Below are positions 120,473 through 136,978 of a DNA stretch of 248,000 nt, one piece after another; position 1 is the stretch's first letter, and each line of letters opens with the position of its first letter. Under the pieces are notes generated by a model, which was not told the origin of the DNA, did not search any database, and saw only the letters and a program-made list of their open reading frames with translations. Where the stretch lies: positions 20,001-268,000 of the forward strand of contig NZ_JMCB01000003.1 of assembly GCF_000737315.1 (NCBI RefSeq). The letters run 5' to 3'. The stretch is from Hyalangium minutum. GTDB taxonomy: Bacteria; Myxococcota; Myxococcia; Myxococcales; Myxococcaceae. Made by a program: the position numbers and the translations under genes.

Positions 120473-122317
120473 TTACTGTGCCGGGCTGTCTCCCAGCATC
120501 AGCCGCCGGAGGATCGGAACAGGCGGGTAGCCGTAGGAGACGGCTTGGTCGTGGAAGCGCTGGAGCGTGAAGCCCGAGCCCCAGCGGGCCCGCGCGTCCT
120601 CTCGCAGCTCCAGCAGCATCTTCTTGCCCAGCGCGTAGACGAGGTACGTGGGATCTGAGGTGCCCCGGCGCGCCTCGCGCTCGGCGTTGGTGTGCGTCAT
120701 GTACGCCTCCTCCTCGAAGAAGCGCACGGCCTGCTCGTACGTCATCCCCCGCGTGTGGAGCGAGAGCCCCACCACATAGCGCGCCAGGCGCTGCAGGTAG
120801 AGCGCGAGCTGGTTGAGGCGCAGCTTGTCCGCGTTGGGGCCGGTGCCGCCGTAGCCCTGCTCCAGCATCATCTGCTCGGTGTAGAGCCCCCATCCCTCGC
120901 TGAAGGAGCCCGAGCCCAGCATCCGCCGCACCTTCGAGTCCACACGGTTCGTCCACAGGAACTGCACGTAGTGGCCGGGGTAGGCCTCATGGATGGAGAC
121001 GAGCTGCAGCGCGTGGCGGTTGTAGAAGCTCATGTGCTGCTCGGTCTGCTCGGTGTTCCAAGAGGGCTCGGGCGGTGTCACGTAGTAGTAGGCCTCGGTG
121101 GCGCGCGTCTCGAAGGGCCCGGGCATGCTCATGCTGGCGAACGAGAGCGAGCGGTTGAACGCGGGCGTCTCGGCCACCAGGGCGCGCACGTCGCTGGGGA
121201 TGGTGATGATGCGCTGCTCCACGAGGAACTGGCGGATCTCCTCCAGCATGGCGCGCGTGGTGGGCACCAGCTCGGCCGGGGTGGGGTGCTCCTTGCCCAG
121301 CTCGCGGTAGACGTCCATGGGCGCCTTGCCGGGCGCGAGGCGCGCGGCCACCTCGCGGAACTGGCTCTGGGTGCGCTTCAGCTCCGCCTGGCCCCAGGCG
121401 AGCAGGGAGCCGATGTCCTCGGTGACGCCCTCTTCGTACTTGAGCTTTTGTCGGTAGAGCTCCTCGCCGATGGCGAAGTCCCCGTTCGAGCGGGGCAGCA
121501 GGTCCTCTCGCAGGAAGCGGATGAAGCCGTCGATGGCGGCCAGGCAGCGGGCCTGCTCCTGCTTGAAGGCGTCCTGCAGGGCGGCGTCCTTCACGGGCTC
121601 GAAGGCCTTGGGCAGGGTGTCCGCGTAGAGAGCGCGGGCGCCCTGGGCCTGCATGAGGGCGATCTCGGTCCACAGCTTGGGCGGGTTCTTCAGCGTGGCC
121701 TGCGCCGTGGTGAACACGGTGGGAACGCTCTTCATGCGGCTGATGGCCGAGCGCATGCGCTGCTCGAGCGGCGCGAAGTCCCGGTTCACGAGCTGGAAGA
121801 GGGCGAAGGAGGCTGTGTTCAGCCAGGTGTTGGGGTTGCGTTCCCAGGTGCGCAGGGTCTCTTGGTCCAGGATGCGTGCCCGGAGGTGGTTCTCGAGGAT
121901 GTCGTAGTCGGCCTGGTCGAGCGGCGGCAGGGCGGCGCGGTCCACCTTCTGGGGCAGGGCGGCAAGCTCGGCCTTGAGCTGGGCGAGGTAGGCGGCGCGC
122001 TCCTCGGGCGTAAAGCCCCGCAGCTCTCCATCATAGGTGTGGATGCCGGCTTGGGTGGCCTGGGTGGGGAAGCGGCGGAAGGTGTCCTCGAAGTGCGCGT
122101 TTACGAAGGCGCGCAGCGCCGTCTGGGCCGAGGATGGGCTCGTGGACTCGGCAGCCGGGGAGCCAGGGCCCTCCGTCTGGGAGGGCGGTCGCGAAGAGGT
122201 GCAGGCGGAGGACAACAGCAGGAGCGCGGAGAGGGCGCTCCTTGCACGCGGCGTGAACATGAGGCCTCTGGGAGGAAGATGCCGCGGGAGCCTCGCCGAT
122301 ATGCGTGGGGCCGACAA
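120473..122317 (-). CDS. DUF885 family lipoprotein
   Basis: HEAYPGHY.Q, FSEGWGLYTE, Y..GK. Confidence 0.85.
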   Translation of the reverse strand: MSAPRISARLPRHLPPRGLMFTPRARSALSALLLLSSACTSSRPPSQTEGPGSPAAESTSPSSAQTALRAFVNAHFEDTFRRFPTQATQAGIHTYDGELRGFTPEERAAYLAQLKAELAALPQKVDRAALPPLDQADYDILENHLRARILDQETLRTWERNPNTWLNTASFALFQLVNRDFAPLEQRMRSAISRMKSVPTVFTTAQATLKNPPKLWTEIALMQAQGARALYADTLPKAFEPVKDAALQDAFKQEQARCLAAIDGFIRFLREDLLPRSNGDFAIGEELYRQKLKYEEGVTEDIGSLLAWGQAELKRTQSQFREVAARLAPGKAPMDVYRELGKEHPTPAELVPTTRAMLEEIRQFLVEQRIITIPSDVRALVAETPAFNRSLSFASMSMPGPFETRATEAYYYVTPPEPSWNTEQTEQHMSFYNRHALQLVSIHEAYPGHYVQFLWTNRVDSKVRRMLGSGSFSEGWGLYTEQMMLEQGYGGTGPNADKLRLNQLALYLQRLARYVVGLSLHTRGMTYEQAVRFFEEEAYMTHTNAEREARRGTSDPTYLVYALGKKMLLELREDARARWGSGFTLQRFHDQAVSYGYPPVPILRRLMLGDSPAQ

Positions 122318-122369
122318 GGCGAGGGCGCTCTCTCGGGGTTAATCTCTGGCCCATGCGCTGGAGGCTGCG

Positions 122370-123539
122370 GTGAGGAAGTGGATCGTCCTGGGGATTGTGG
122401 CTGTCCTGGTTGTGGGCACCTTCATCGGGCTGGACGTGGCCGCCACGCGCGCGGGCCGCCGGATGAACGGCGTCCATCCCGGGCCGCCCTACACCCCGAC
122501 CAAGCGAGGCGCCGCGCTGCACTCGCAGCTCTTCATCACGGATCTCCATGCGGATCCGCTGCTGTGGAACCGGGACCTGAACGAGCGCTCGAAGGATGGA
122601 CAGGTGGATGTGCCCCGGCTTCTGGAGGGCAACGTCTCCCTGCAGATCTTCAGCGTCGTCACCAAGACGCCGAAGCACATGAACACCGAGCGCAATGACG
122701 ACACCACGGATGACGTGCAGTTGCTCGCATTCGCGCAGCGGTGGCCGCCGAGCGCTTGGTTCAGCTTGAAGGCCCGGGCGCTGTACCAGGCCCGGAAGCT
122801 GGAGGACTTGGCGGAGGACTCGGACGGCAAGCTGGTGTTCATGCGCACGCGGGCGGAACTGGAGCAGTTCCTTATCGAGCGCCAGAAGGACAGGAACAAG
122901 GTGGGGGCGCTGCTCTCGCTCGAGGGTATGCACGCGCTCGAAGGCAAGGTGGAGGCGGTGGACGATCTGTACGCCGCGGGCTTCCGGATGCTGGGGTTCG
123001 CCCACTTCTTCGACAACGAGGTGAGCGGGTCGGCCCACGGCATGAAGAAGGAGGGGCTGACGGAACTCGGACGCGCCGTGGTGAAGCGGATGGAGGAGCG
123101 GGGCATGACGCTCGATCTTGCGCACTCATCGCGGAAGACCTTCGAGGACGTGCTTGCGATCGCCACCCGGCCGGTGGTCGTGTCGCACTCGGGGGTGAGG
123201 GGCACGTGTGACAACAACCGGAACCTGAGCGACAGCCAGCTCCGCGCCATTGCTCGGAACGGTGGGGTGGTGGGTATCGGCTACTGGAGCACCGCGACGT
123301 GTGGCAAGGACGCGAAGGCCATCGCCCGTGCCATCCGCTACGCGGTGTCCGTGGCCGGGCTCGAGCACGTCGGGCTTGGCTCGGACTTCGACGGGGCGGT
123401 GACGACTCCGTTCGACACCGCGGGCCTCGTGGAGGTGACCGACGCGCTGATCGCTGAGGGCTTCGGGGAAGGGGAGATCCGGAAGATCGCTGGAGAGAAT
123501 GTGCTGAGGGTCTTGCGAGCGAATCTCCCCGCTCAGTGA
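122370..123539 (+). CDS. membrane dipeptidase (M19)
   Basis: DLHAD, LEG, DLAHSS, SHSG, RNLSD, GLGSDFDG. Confidence 0.88.
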   Translation: MRKWIVLGIVAVLVVGTFIGLDVAATRAGRRMNGVHPGPPYTPTKRGAALHSQLFITDLHADPLLWNRDLNERSKDGQVDVPRLLEGNVSLQIFSVVTKTPKHMNTERNDDTTDDVQLLAFAQRWPPSAWFSLKARALYQARKLEDLAEDSDGKLVFMRTRAELEQFLIERQKDRNKVGALLSLEGMHALEGKVEAVDDLYAAGFRMLGFAHFFDNEVSGSAHGMKKEGLTELGRAVVKRMEERGMTLDLAHSSRKTFEDVLAIATRPVVVSHSGVRGTCDNNRNLSDSQLRAIARNGGVVGIGYWSTATCGKDAKAIARAIRYAVSVAGLEHVGLGSDFDGAVTTPFDTAGLVEVTDALIAEGFGEGEIRKIAGENVLRVLRANLPAQ

Positions 123540-123548
123540 CGAAGGGGC

Positions 123549-124433
123549 TCAGTTCTCCACGGTGTACGTCTTGCGCAGGGGCTGGCCGTCGCGCTCGATC
123601 TGGAGCTCGATGCGCGAGGCGCCCTTCATGCTGTGGTAGGCCTCCATGGCGCGCATCGGATCATCGAGCGTGGAGCCGTTGATGCGCTGGAGGATGTCCC
123701 CGTTCTTCAGGCCGAGCTTGGCGTAGAGGGAGTCCGGCCTCATGGCGAACAGCTTGAAGCCCCTGGGCTTTCCGTCCGTGAAGGACGGCACCACCCGGGC
123801 CTGCGTGGCGATCTGGTTCAGGTTGGCCAGCGTGTTCTCCACGTCCTGGCGCGCGATGGCATAGGCGTCGGGGCCTGTCTGCCGCAGGGAGGAGCCAAAG
123901 CCCGTGGTGGGCGCGGCCGGAGCCGGTGGAGCAGATGGCATCCCGAGAGCCGCTGGGGCCGAGGTGAGGTCGAGGAGCTCCACCTGGCCGTTGTTCAAGA
124001 ACAGCACCCGGGTGCGCTCGATTGCGAGGACCTCGGCACCCTGAAGCGTGCTTCCCACGGCAATGGTGCGCGTGCGCTGGGACGTGGGCTCATACACGGA
124101 GGCCAGGGACATGTCCGTCGAGGCGGAGGTCAGGGTTCCCAGCAGCTTGAGCCCGAGCTGGGTGGGCACGGTGACGGTGAGGACGGCGGTGGAGGGCTGA
124201 CTAGGAGTTCGCAGGGACAGCCCCGTGTAGCGGGCCAGCTCTTCGGCGGAGAGGGGCATGACCGTGGCGGTCGAGGCGCTGACGGGCTCCTGTCGAGCGG
124301 GCTCCGAGGCGGTGGGGAGTGTCGCGAGCGACGCACCCAGGAGCGTGTTGACCGTTTGCGCCACCAGCAAGCACGCGCACGCGAGCATGGCGAAGGTAAA
124401 CGCATGAAACGCGGGACGAATGAGCGACCTCAT
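123549..124433 (-). CDS. gspC: type II secretion protein C-like (PDZ)
   Basis: ARVVP, GFKLF, LGLKNGDIL.RING. Confidence 0.75.
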   Translation of the reverse strand: MRSLIRPAFHAFTFAMLACACLLVAQTVNTLLGASLATLPTASEPARQEPVSASTATVMPLSAEELARYTGLSLRTPSQPSTAVLTVTVPTQLGLKLLGTLTSASTDMSLASVYEPTSQRTRTIAVGSTLQGAEVLAIERTRVLFLNNGQVELLDLTSAPAALGMPSAPPAPAAPTTGFGSSLRQTGPDAYAIARQDVENTLANLNQIATQARVVPSFTDGKPRGFKLFAMRPDSLYAKLGLKNGDILQRINGSTLDDPMRAMEAYHSMKGASRIELQIERDGQPLRKTYTVEN

Positions 124434-124790
124434 GGGCAGCCTCCTGATGTGGACAGTGAATGCCCGCGCTCAAAGCAAGCCAGATACCAACCGCAGCACT
124501 GCGGGCTGCCCCGAGGGGGCGCTGCGAGGCCTGACCGGACTCGGGTTCGTGCCGCATGACAGAGTGTCAATGCGGGCCTGAGGGCCGTGACGACGCGTCT
124601 GCCGGAGGCCCCACCGTCCACGCAGGGAGACGCGAGTCCACGGCGTGAGACGGTCGTGAAGCAGGAATCAACGACTTCCCGGACGCGTGTCCCTTGGACC
124701 CACACAACCTGACGGGTAGGCGCGCCAATTGCTAACGGAATACGTCGGGGGAGCATTGACGCGCGCGCCCGTCCGCCGCACGCTTAGGGC

Positions 124791-125606
124791 ATGGGACGGC
124801 ACGCATATAAGGGCGAAGGACCATTCCCCCAGGCTCCGACGCAAGAGGAGTGGGAGGCGATGGGACCGGAGGAGAGGGCCCGGGTGGTGGAGTCACTGCC
124901 TGGGGAGGTGACGTGGGACGAGATGGCGATGCCCGAGGGGGATCCACACTTCGGGGCGAAGGTGCGGACCTTGGATGTGCTCAAGGGCTACTTCCGCAAT
125001 CAGAAGCGCAAGGTGTACCTGGGCGCGGAGCTGCCTGTGTACTACCCGGCGGAGCGGCGCTTCGCTCCGGACTTGGTGGCCGTGCTGGATACCGAGCCGC
125101 ACGAGCGCAACAAATGGGTGGTGAGCCATGAGGGCAAGGGGCTGGACTGGGTGTTGGAGGTTCACTTCGGCGGCGACCGGAAGAAGGACGCCGTCTTCAA
125201 TGTGAAGCGGTACGCGCAGTTGGGCATCCCTGAGTACTTCATCTACGACCGGCGCAAGCAGCGGCTGGAGGCCTACCGGCTGCTGTCGCCCGAGTCGCGC
125301 AGGTACGAGCGGATGCTGCCCAGGCAAGGCCGGTTCGTGTCCGAGGTGCTCGGGCTGGAACTGGAGGTGTCCGAGGAGAAGCTCCAGCTGTGGGCGGGCA
125401 ACGCGCTCCTCTTGGAGTCCGCGGAGATGTTGGCCCGGGTGCAGGAGAAGCTGGAGCAGGTGGCTCTTCAGCGGGAGGAAGAGGCGCGGCGTCGCGAGGA
125501 GATGGAACTCCGATTGGCCGAGGAAACGCGCCGGCGTGAGGAGACAGAGCAACGCCTGAGAGTGCTTCAGGCGGAGGTGGAGCACCTCCAACGCCCCAAG
125601 GAGTAG
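124791..125606 (+). CDS. Uma2-family endonuclease-fold protein
   Basis: FAPDL.AV, VLEV..GGDRKKD, GIPEYFIYD. Confidence 0.8.
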   Translation: MGRHAYKGEGPFPQAPTQEEWEAMGPEERARVVESLPGEVTWDEMAMPEGDPHFGAKVRTLDVLKGYFRNQKRKVYLGAELPVYYPAERRFAPDLVAVLDTEPHERNKWVVSHEGKGLDWVLEVHFGGDRKKDAVFNVKRYAQLGIPEYFIYDRRKQRLEAYRLLSPESRRYERMLPRQGRFVSEVLGLELEVSEEKLQLWAGNALLLESAEMLARVQEKLEQVALQREEEARRREEMELRLAEETRRREETEQRLRVLQAEVEHLQRPKE

Positions 125607-125637
125607 GGCAGGGGAGGCGCTCAACGGCCGGGATGGC

Positions 125638-127101
<1,464 letters not shown>

Positions 127102-127104
127102 GGC

Positions 127105-131661
<4,557 letters not shown>

Positions 131662-131894
131662 CAGTAGATTCCCTCCTTCACTGCTAGGCACAGCGTGTTC
131701 ACTCGCGAACCTCGGATGGTAATGCGGCGCGTCAGGTTGGGTAAAGGAGAGTCTGAAGAGGGGCTGCTTTGGTTGGGGGGACAGGAAGCAGGCATGGCGG
131801 GTTCGCGCAGAGCCAGGGCGGCGTTCTTCCAGATCCACGCAGCGCGTCAAGGGGAGCGTGACGCACCTGCTGCCGTGTTATCCCTTCCTCTGTC

Positions 131895-133097
131895 ATGGCC
131901 TCCACCGAACGCCTCTACTTCAGCGATCCTTTCCTTCACCAATTCACCGGACGCGTGATTGCGCACGCCGCCTGGAATGGGACCTTGTCGGTTGTGCTCG
132001 ATCGCACGGCCTTCTACCCGGAGGCTGGCGGTCAGATGGCGGATCGCGGGCTGCTCGGCGGCTACGCGGTGAAGGACGTGCAGGTGGATGACGCGGGGGT
132101 GGTCCACCACGTGCTGGAGCTGTCCGAGGGGAAGGCGCTGCCCGAGGTGGGCGCCGAGCTGGCGGGACAGATCGATCGGGCCCGCCGCCGCGTGCACATG
132201 GCGCTGCACACGGGCCAGCACATGCTCTCGCGGGCCCTGGTGGATGTGGCTCAGGCGAACACCATCTCCTCGCGCCTGGGCGAGACGCTCTGCACCATCG
132301 ACGTGGATCTGGAAGTCCTTGACGAGGCGCGCGTCGCCGAGGCGGAGGAACTGGTCAACTCGGTGATCGATGACGACGTGGCGATCCGGTCCTTCTTCCC
132401 GACGGTCGAGGAGCTGGCGGCTCTGCCGCTGCGCCGGGCTCCCAAGGTGACGGACAACATCCGCGTGGTGCAGATCGGCGAGTTCGATGTGTCCCCTTGC
132501 GGAGGGACCCACTGCACGCGGTCGGCGCAGGTGGGGATGATCCGGGTGCTCGGTGTGGAGCGCTATAAAGGTAAGGGACGCGTGTCGTTCTCCGCCGGCC
132601 GCCGTGCGCGGACCGAGCTGTGGCAGGAGGCCGGGACGCTCCGGGGCCTGAGCCGCGCCTTCACGTGCGGCCCGGGCGAGGTGCCGGTGGTGATCGACAA
132701 GATCCGTCGCGATCTCACCGAGACGCGGGAGGCGCTGGGTGCGGTCCGGGCGAAACTGGCTGATCAGGCCGCCGTGGAGCTGGCCGCTGCATTGGAGAAG
132801 TCTCCGGAGCGCCGGGTGGTGGCGGTGCTCGAGGGCGCCAACCCCGAGTCGCTGCGCGCGATCGCCGCGAGGCTCACGTCCCAGCCAGAGTCCGTGGTGC
132901 TGCTCGCGGGCCGCGCGCCCGAGGGCATGCCAGTGCTGATCGCTCGAGGGAGTGGCTCCAGCTTCGGGTGTGGCGCCTTCCTCAAGCGTCTGGCCGAGGC
133001 TGCGGGAGGCCGAGGCGGTGGCCGTCCCGAGCATGCCGAGGGCCGCCTGCCCCCAGGCACGGACTTCCCAGGGCTCGTCGCCCAGCTTCTCGGATGA
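131895..133097 (+). CDS. alanyl-tRNA editing protein (AlaX-like) with DHHA1
   Basis: FYPEAGGQ..D.G, HTGQH, CGGTH, GGRGGG. Confidence 0.85.
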   Translation: MASTERLYFSDPFLHQFTGRVIAHAAWNGTLSVVLDRTAFYPEAGGQMADRGLLGGYAVKDVQVDDAGVVHHVLELSEGKALPEVGAELAGQIDRARRRVHMALHTGQHMLSRALVDVAQANTISSRLGETLCTIDVDLEVLDEARVAEAEELVNSVIDDDVAIRSFFPTVEELAALPLRRAPKVTDNIRVVQIGEFDVSPCGGTHCTRSAQVGMIRVLGVERYKGKGRVSFSAGRRARTELWQEAGTLRGLSRAFTCGPGEVPVVIDKIRRDLTETREALGAVRAKLADQAAVELAAALEKSPERRVVAVLEGANPESLRAIAARLTSQPESVVLLAGRAPEGMPVLIARGSGSSFGCGAFLKRLAEAAGGRGGGRPEHAEGRLPPGTDFPGLVAQLLG

Positions 133098-133133
133098 ACG
133101 GACGAGCCCCTCGACTGTCGGGGGGCTTGCTGC

Positions 133134-134027
133134 TCAGCCCTTCCGGGCGATGAAGTCGCGCAGGTGCCGGATGACCTCGGCTGGCTTCTGCAGGGTGACC
133201 CAGTGTGTTGCTCCCGGGATCTTGTGGATCGTGAGATCGGGTGCGAGCTGATCGAGTCCCTCGAGGCCGCTCGGCAAGAGGTAGGGATCCTGCTCTCCCC
133301 AGAGCACGAGCACGGGGAAGCGGACCTTCCACTGCTCCTGGGAGAGCCCGTCCATCAAGTTGCTGCCACCCGGAGAGCCTTGTCCGTCTGGAGGGCCGAT
133401 CTGGGCAGCCCGGTAGTAGTTGAGGCCGGCGTCGACGGCCCCGGGCTGCTTCAGGGCCTGGAGCCACTCGGCCTCGTCCTCGGCGGAGAGCGCGGCGCCG
133501 TGCTGACGGGCATCCTCGAAGATGGCCTGCTTCGCGAAGGCGAAGTCATTGCCGGAGATCTGCTGGTCGAAGCCCGGGGTCCGGAAGCCCAGCATGTACT
133601 GGCTGGCCTCCTGCTGCTTGGGGTTCTCGCGCAGATCGCGGTTGAAGAGGGCGGGGTGGGTGATGTTCACCGTGACGAAGCGGCGGATGAGCTCCGGGTG
133701 ACGAAGCACGAAGCTCCAGCCCAGGAGCGCACCCCAGTCCTGGCACACCACCGTGAGCCTGCGCAGGCCCAGGTGCTCCACGAGCGCGCGCACGTCTTCT
133801 ACGAGGTTCTCGATGCGGTACGCCTCGACGTCCGTGGGGCGAGAGGTGAGGTTGTAGCCCCGGAGGTCTGGGGCGATGACCCGGTGGTCCTTTGAGAACT
133901 CCGCCATCAAGCCCTTCCAGACGCCCCAGTACTCGGGGAAGCCGTGGAGGAACAGGAGGGGCTCACCCGTTCCCTGAGTCACATAGTGCATACGGATGCC
134001 GTTGACGTCCGCGTAGGCGTGCTGCAT
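133134..134027 (-). CDS. epoxide-hydrolase-like alpha/beta hydrolase
   Basis: HGFPE, DLRGY, QDWG, THW. Confidence 0.88.
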   Translation of the reverse strand: MQHAYADVNGIRMHYVTQGTGEPLLFLHGFPEYWGVWKGLMAEFSKDHRVIAPDLRGYNLTSRPTDVEAYRIENLVEDVRALVEHLGLRRLTVVCQDWGALLGWSFVLRHPELIRRFVTVNITHPALFNRDLRENPKQQEASQYMLGFRTPGFDQQISGNDFAFAKQAIFEDARQHGAALSAEDEAEWLQALKQPGAVDAGLNYYRAAQIGPPDGQGSPGGSNLMDGLSQEQWKVRFPVLVLWGEQDPYLLPSGLEGLDQLAPDLTIHKIPGATHWVTLQKPAEVIRHLRDFIARKG

Positions 134028-134117
134028 GGCGTGAGACCTCCTGTGTCCGGTGAGCGCGGTGTGCGGTGCCCGAGAGGATGCCTGAATCCCCTCCAGGCAG
134101 TCGCATAGAATGGGGGG

Positions 134118-134546
134118 ATGCGTCTCCCCGCTACCCTGGTGGCTCCTGCGGACCCAGCGCGCTCCCGGTGGCGGATCCTGCCGCTGCTGCTGCTGCTGCC
134201 CGTGCTGGGGCTGGGCTCGCGCTCGGGGGCTCCCTGGCTGCCCTCCTTCGTCGCGGAATACGCGGGGGACACGCTCTGGACGATGATGGTGTACGTGTGC
134301 CTCGTCTTTGTCTGGCCCCGCCTCTCGGTGGCCCAGGCGGCAGGGGCGGCGCTGGCGATCTCCTTCGCGGTCGAGTTCAGTCAGCTCTACCGTGCCCCCT
134401 GGATCGATGCGCTGCGCGCACATCGCCTGGGGGCACTGGTGCTCGGACGTGGTTTTCTGGGATCGGATCTGGTCTGTTACACCGTGGGCGCGCTGGTGGC
134501 GGCGGGAGCGGAGAGGTTGCTCGCCCAGCAACAGAGCGGGGAATGA
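134118..134546 (+). CDS. DUF2809 membrane protein
   Basis: YAGDTLW, VEFSQLY, VLG.GF...DL. Confidence 0.75.
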   Translation: MRLPATLVAPADPARSRWRILPLLLLLPVLGLGSRSGAPWLPSFVAEYAGDTLWTMMVYVCLVFVWPRLSVAQAAGAALAISFAVEFSQLYRAPWIDALRAHRLGALVLGRGFLGSDLVCYTVGALVAAGAERLLAQQQSGE

Positions 134547-134599
134547 GTCCCCGGGGAATAGGCGTTGGGCATACATTCGTGAATACTCCAGACACGAGC

Positions 134600-135094
134600 A
134601 TGACTTCTTCCCCGACCTTGACGGTGGTTGCGCAGACGGCTCCCAGCAATGAGAGCCTCTTCACCGCGTTCCGCGAGGAGCGCACCTCGAAGGTGCGCTG
134701 GCTCTTCGTGCTGTTGGTGCCGCTCCTGGGGCTGCTCGCGGCCTGGGGGTCGATGCACGGGCAGGAGCACGCGGTGCGCATCGTCACGGCGCATGGCTTC
134801 AAGATGGTTCAGCCGGGCATGTCCCAGGCGGACGTGGTCGCGCGGCTGGGCAACCCCATTGGCAAGACTACCCGGGCGGACGGGGCGGAGTGCGTCCAGT
134901 ACGGTGTGTTCTCCGTCACCGAGCCGTCCACCAACGTGTACGTGCTCTGCTACGTGGATGGGGTGCTCCAGGACGTGACGACGCGGCGCTACTCGCTGTG
135001 GACGGTGGATCCCTCCACCGGTGAGTTCATGCCGGCGGGCGTTCCGATGGAAGAGGAGCCGGCCAAGAAGCCTGCTCCTGTGCCCACGCCCTGA
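134600..135094 (+). CDS. hypothetical membrane protein (SmpA/OmlA-like domain)
   Basis: GMSQADV..RLG.P. Confidence 0.5.
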   Translation: MTSSPTLTVVAQTAPSNESLFTAFREERTSKVRWLFVLLVPLLGLLAAWGSMHGQEHAVRIVTAHGFKMVQPGMSQADVVARLGNPIGKTTRADGAECVQYGVFSVTEPSTNVYVLCYVDGVLQDVTTRRYSLWTVDPSTGEFMPAGVPMEEEPAKKPAPVPTP

Positions 135095-135098
135095 TCGC

Positions 135099-135707
135099 AT
135101 GCGGACGAAAGCTTCGCCGCCCATTTCCCACCTGAGTGGCAAGGCGGCGCTCCCGCTGATCGAGGCTTACTTCGAGTTCAACCACCTGAAGCAGCTCTAC
135201 CGTCAGGGCTGGCTCCGCGTGGGCATTTCTCCCGAGCGCTGCGAGAGCGTCGCCGAGCACTCCCTCGGCGTGGCCTTGCTGTGCCTCTTCATCGCCGACA
135301 GTTGGTTCCCCGAGGCGGATGCCTCCAAGGTCGTCCGGATCGCGCTGCTGCACGATCTGGGGGAGGCCCGTGTCGGTGACATCACTCCGCACGACGGCGT
135401 GAACCCCACCCAGAAGCACGCGCTGGAGCGTCAGGCCGTGGCGCAGATCCTCGGCAAGCTGCCGCGTGGCGCCGAGTACCTCGCGCTCTGGGAGGAGTAC
135501 GAGCAGGGCGCCTCCTTCGAGGCGAAGCTGGTGCGCCAGGTGGATCGGCTCGAGATGTCGCTCCAGGCCTGCGTCTACGAGCACCAGGGTTTTGGGGACC
135601 TGTCGCAGTTCTTCGCCTCGGCCGAGAAGGTCATGGAGTCGCCTCAGCTCCGGGCCGTCCTGACGGAGCTTCAGGCTCTGCGGCCCCCTCGCGCTGCTGC
135701 TCCCTGA
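135099..135707 (+). CDS. HD-domain hydrolase (YfbR/HDDC2-like)
   Basis: LK...RQGW, ESVAEHS, LHDLGE, DRLE. Confidence 0.85.
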   Translation: MRTKASPPISHLSGKAALPLIEAYFEFNHLKQLYRQGWLRVGISPERCESVAEHSLGVALLCLFIADSWFPEADASKVVRIALLHDLGEARVGDITPHDGVNPTQKHALERQAVAQILGKLPRGAEYLALWEEYEQGASFEAKLVRQVDRLEMSLQACVYEHQGFGDLSQFFASAEKVMESPQLRAVLTELQALRPPRAAAP

Positions 135708-135719
135708 ACTCGCTTCGGC

Positions 135720-136574
135720 TCACCCGAACCAGGCGTTGGTGCTGGGGGCGAACACCTGGATGCGCTGTCTCAAGGCCTCCGGGACTCGCTGGCGGATGAG
135801 ATCGTGCACCTGCTGCGGCCCGTAGAGCTGGCTGAAGTGCATCAGCACGAGCGCTTCGTTCTTGAACAGGTCCGCCCGGTCGATGATCTCGTCCAGGTGC
135901 GTGTGAAGGCGCTCCTGCGTCTCCTCCACGGTCCGTTTCGGGTCCAGGTACGTGCTCTCCAGGATGAGCACCCGGCTCTCCAGGATCGACGGCGCGGACT
136001 CCAGTACCCGCGCCAATGTATCCGTGGCGTAGGCCACCTCGAGCCGCTCGACCTCCTCGAAGATCCCAGGGGTGCCCTCACGCCGGAGGCGGGCGATCTC
136101 CTCGCCTGGGAGCCCCTGGTGCTCGGGCTTCAGCTTCGTGACGCGCTTGAGGAACTGGTAGCCGAGCGATGGGCCCGCATGGTGGGTCCGGAAGGCACGC
136201 ACCCAGATGTCCCGGTCCACCTTGCGAGTGTCCCCTGGCAGCATGGGAATGGTCTCGTACGCGACCTCTGAGCGGTGCAGGCGGCCCAGGGCCTCGAGCG
136301 CCTCGCGGACCGCTGACTCGATCTCCGCAGGGAGGTACACCTGGGCGGGCGAGTGCTTGCCTACCAGCCCTCGGATCGCGAGCAGCGAACCCAGGGCGCT
136401 CGCATGGTCCGCGTGGCCGTGACTCAGGAAGAGATGATCCGTCGTGGCGAAGCTCCGCAGCGGGACGCCTGCGTCCAGCACCACGCCCAACTCCGGCACC
136501 TGCAGTGATGTGTAGACCCCCGCTACCGAGATCCCTCGGACGGTGTAAGGGCCTGCCTGCACTTCGGTCAGCAT
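135720..136574 (-). CDS. RNase Z-like metallo-beta-lactamase
   Basis: SHGHADH, YATDT, ESTY, MHFS. Confidence 0.8.
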   Translation of the reverse strand: MLTEVQAGPYTVRGISVAGVYTSLQVPELGVVLDAGVPLRSFATTDHLFLSHGHADHASALGSLLAIRGLVGKHSPAQVYLPAEIESAVREALEALGRLHRSEVAYETIPMLPGDTRKVDRDIWVRAFRTHHAGPSLGYQFLKRVTKLKPEHQGLPGEEIARLRREGTPGIFEEVERLEVAYATDTLARVLESAPSILESRVLILESTYLDPKRTVEETQERLHTHLDEIIDRADLFKNEALVLMHFSQLYGPQQVHDLIRQRVPEALRQRIQVFAPSTNAWFG

Positions 136575-136665
136575 GCCCGGCAAGGCTAATGGCCGGGCCC
136601 TCGGAGGGACACTGGAACTTGTAGCAGGGGCTCGGGATGCCAACGTTCCGAGTGAGAGGACGACC

Positions 136666-136884
136666 ATGCGAACGACTCCGACTTCGGCCCTTGTGCTGTT
136701 TCTCCTCGCTCCGGTCCTGGCGCTCGCCCAGCCGGGGATGGGGCCTACTGACGACCGCTGGGTGACCCAGAGCTCGGGCTTCTGGTTCTGGGTGATTGCC
136801 TTGGCCATCGCCGTGGTGGCCTTCATCGTGGCCAACGTCGTCTTCAATCGGCGATTGCCGCCCACGGGCCCCCGGGGACTCTGA
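136666..136884 (+). CDS. small exported membrane protein
   Basis: signal peptide plus one TM. Confidence 0.45.
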   Translation: MRTTPTSALVLFLLAPVLALAQPGMGPTDDRWVTQSSGFWFWVIALAIAVVAFIVANVVFNRRLPPTGPRGL

Positions 136885-136978
136885 GCCGCAGAGGCGTGGC
136901 GCAGGCTGTCTGTCTGCAAGGCAGCCTGGCGCCGGTGGGGCAGGGGAGCATGTGACCCGCCGAGGCGTTGGCTTCATC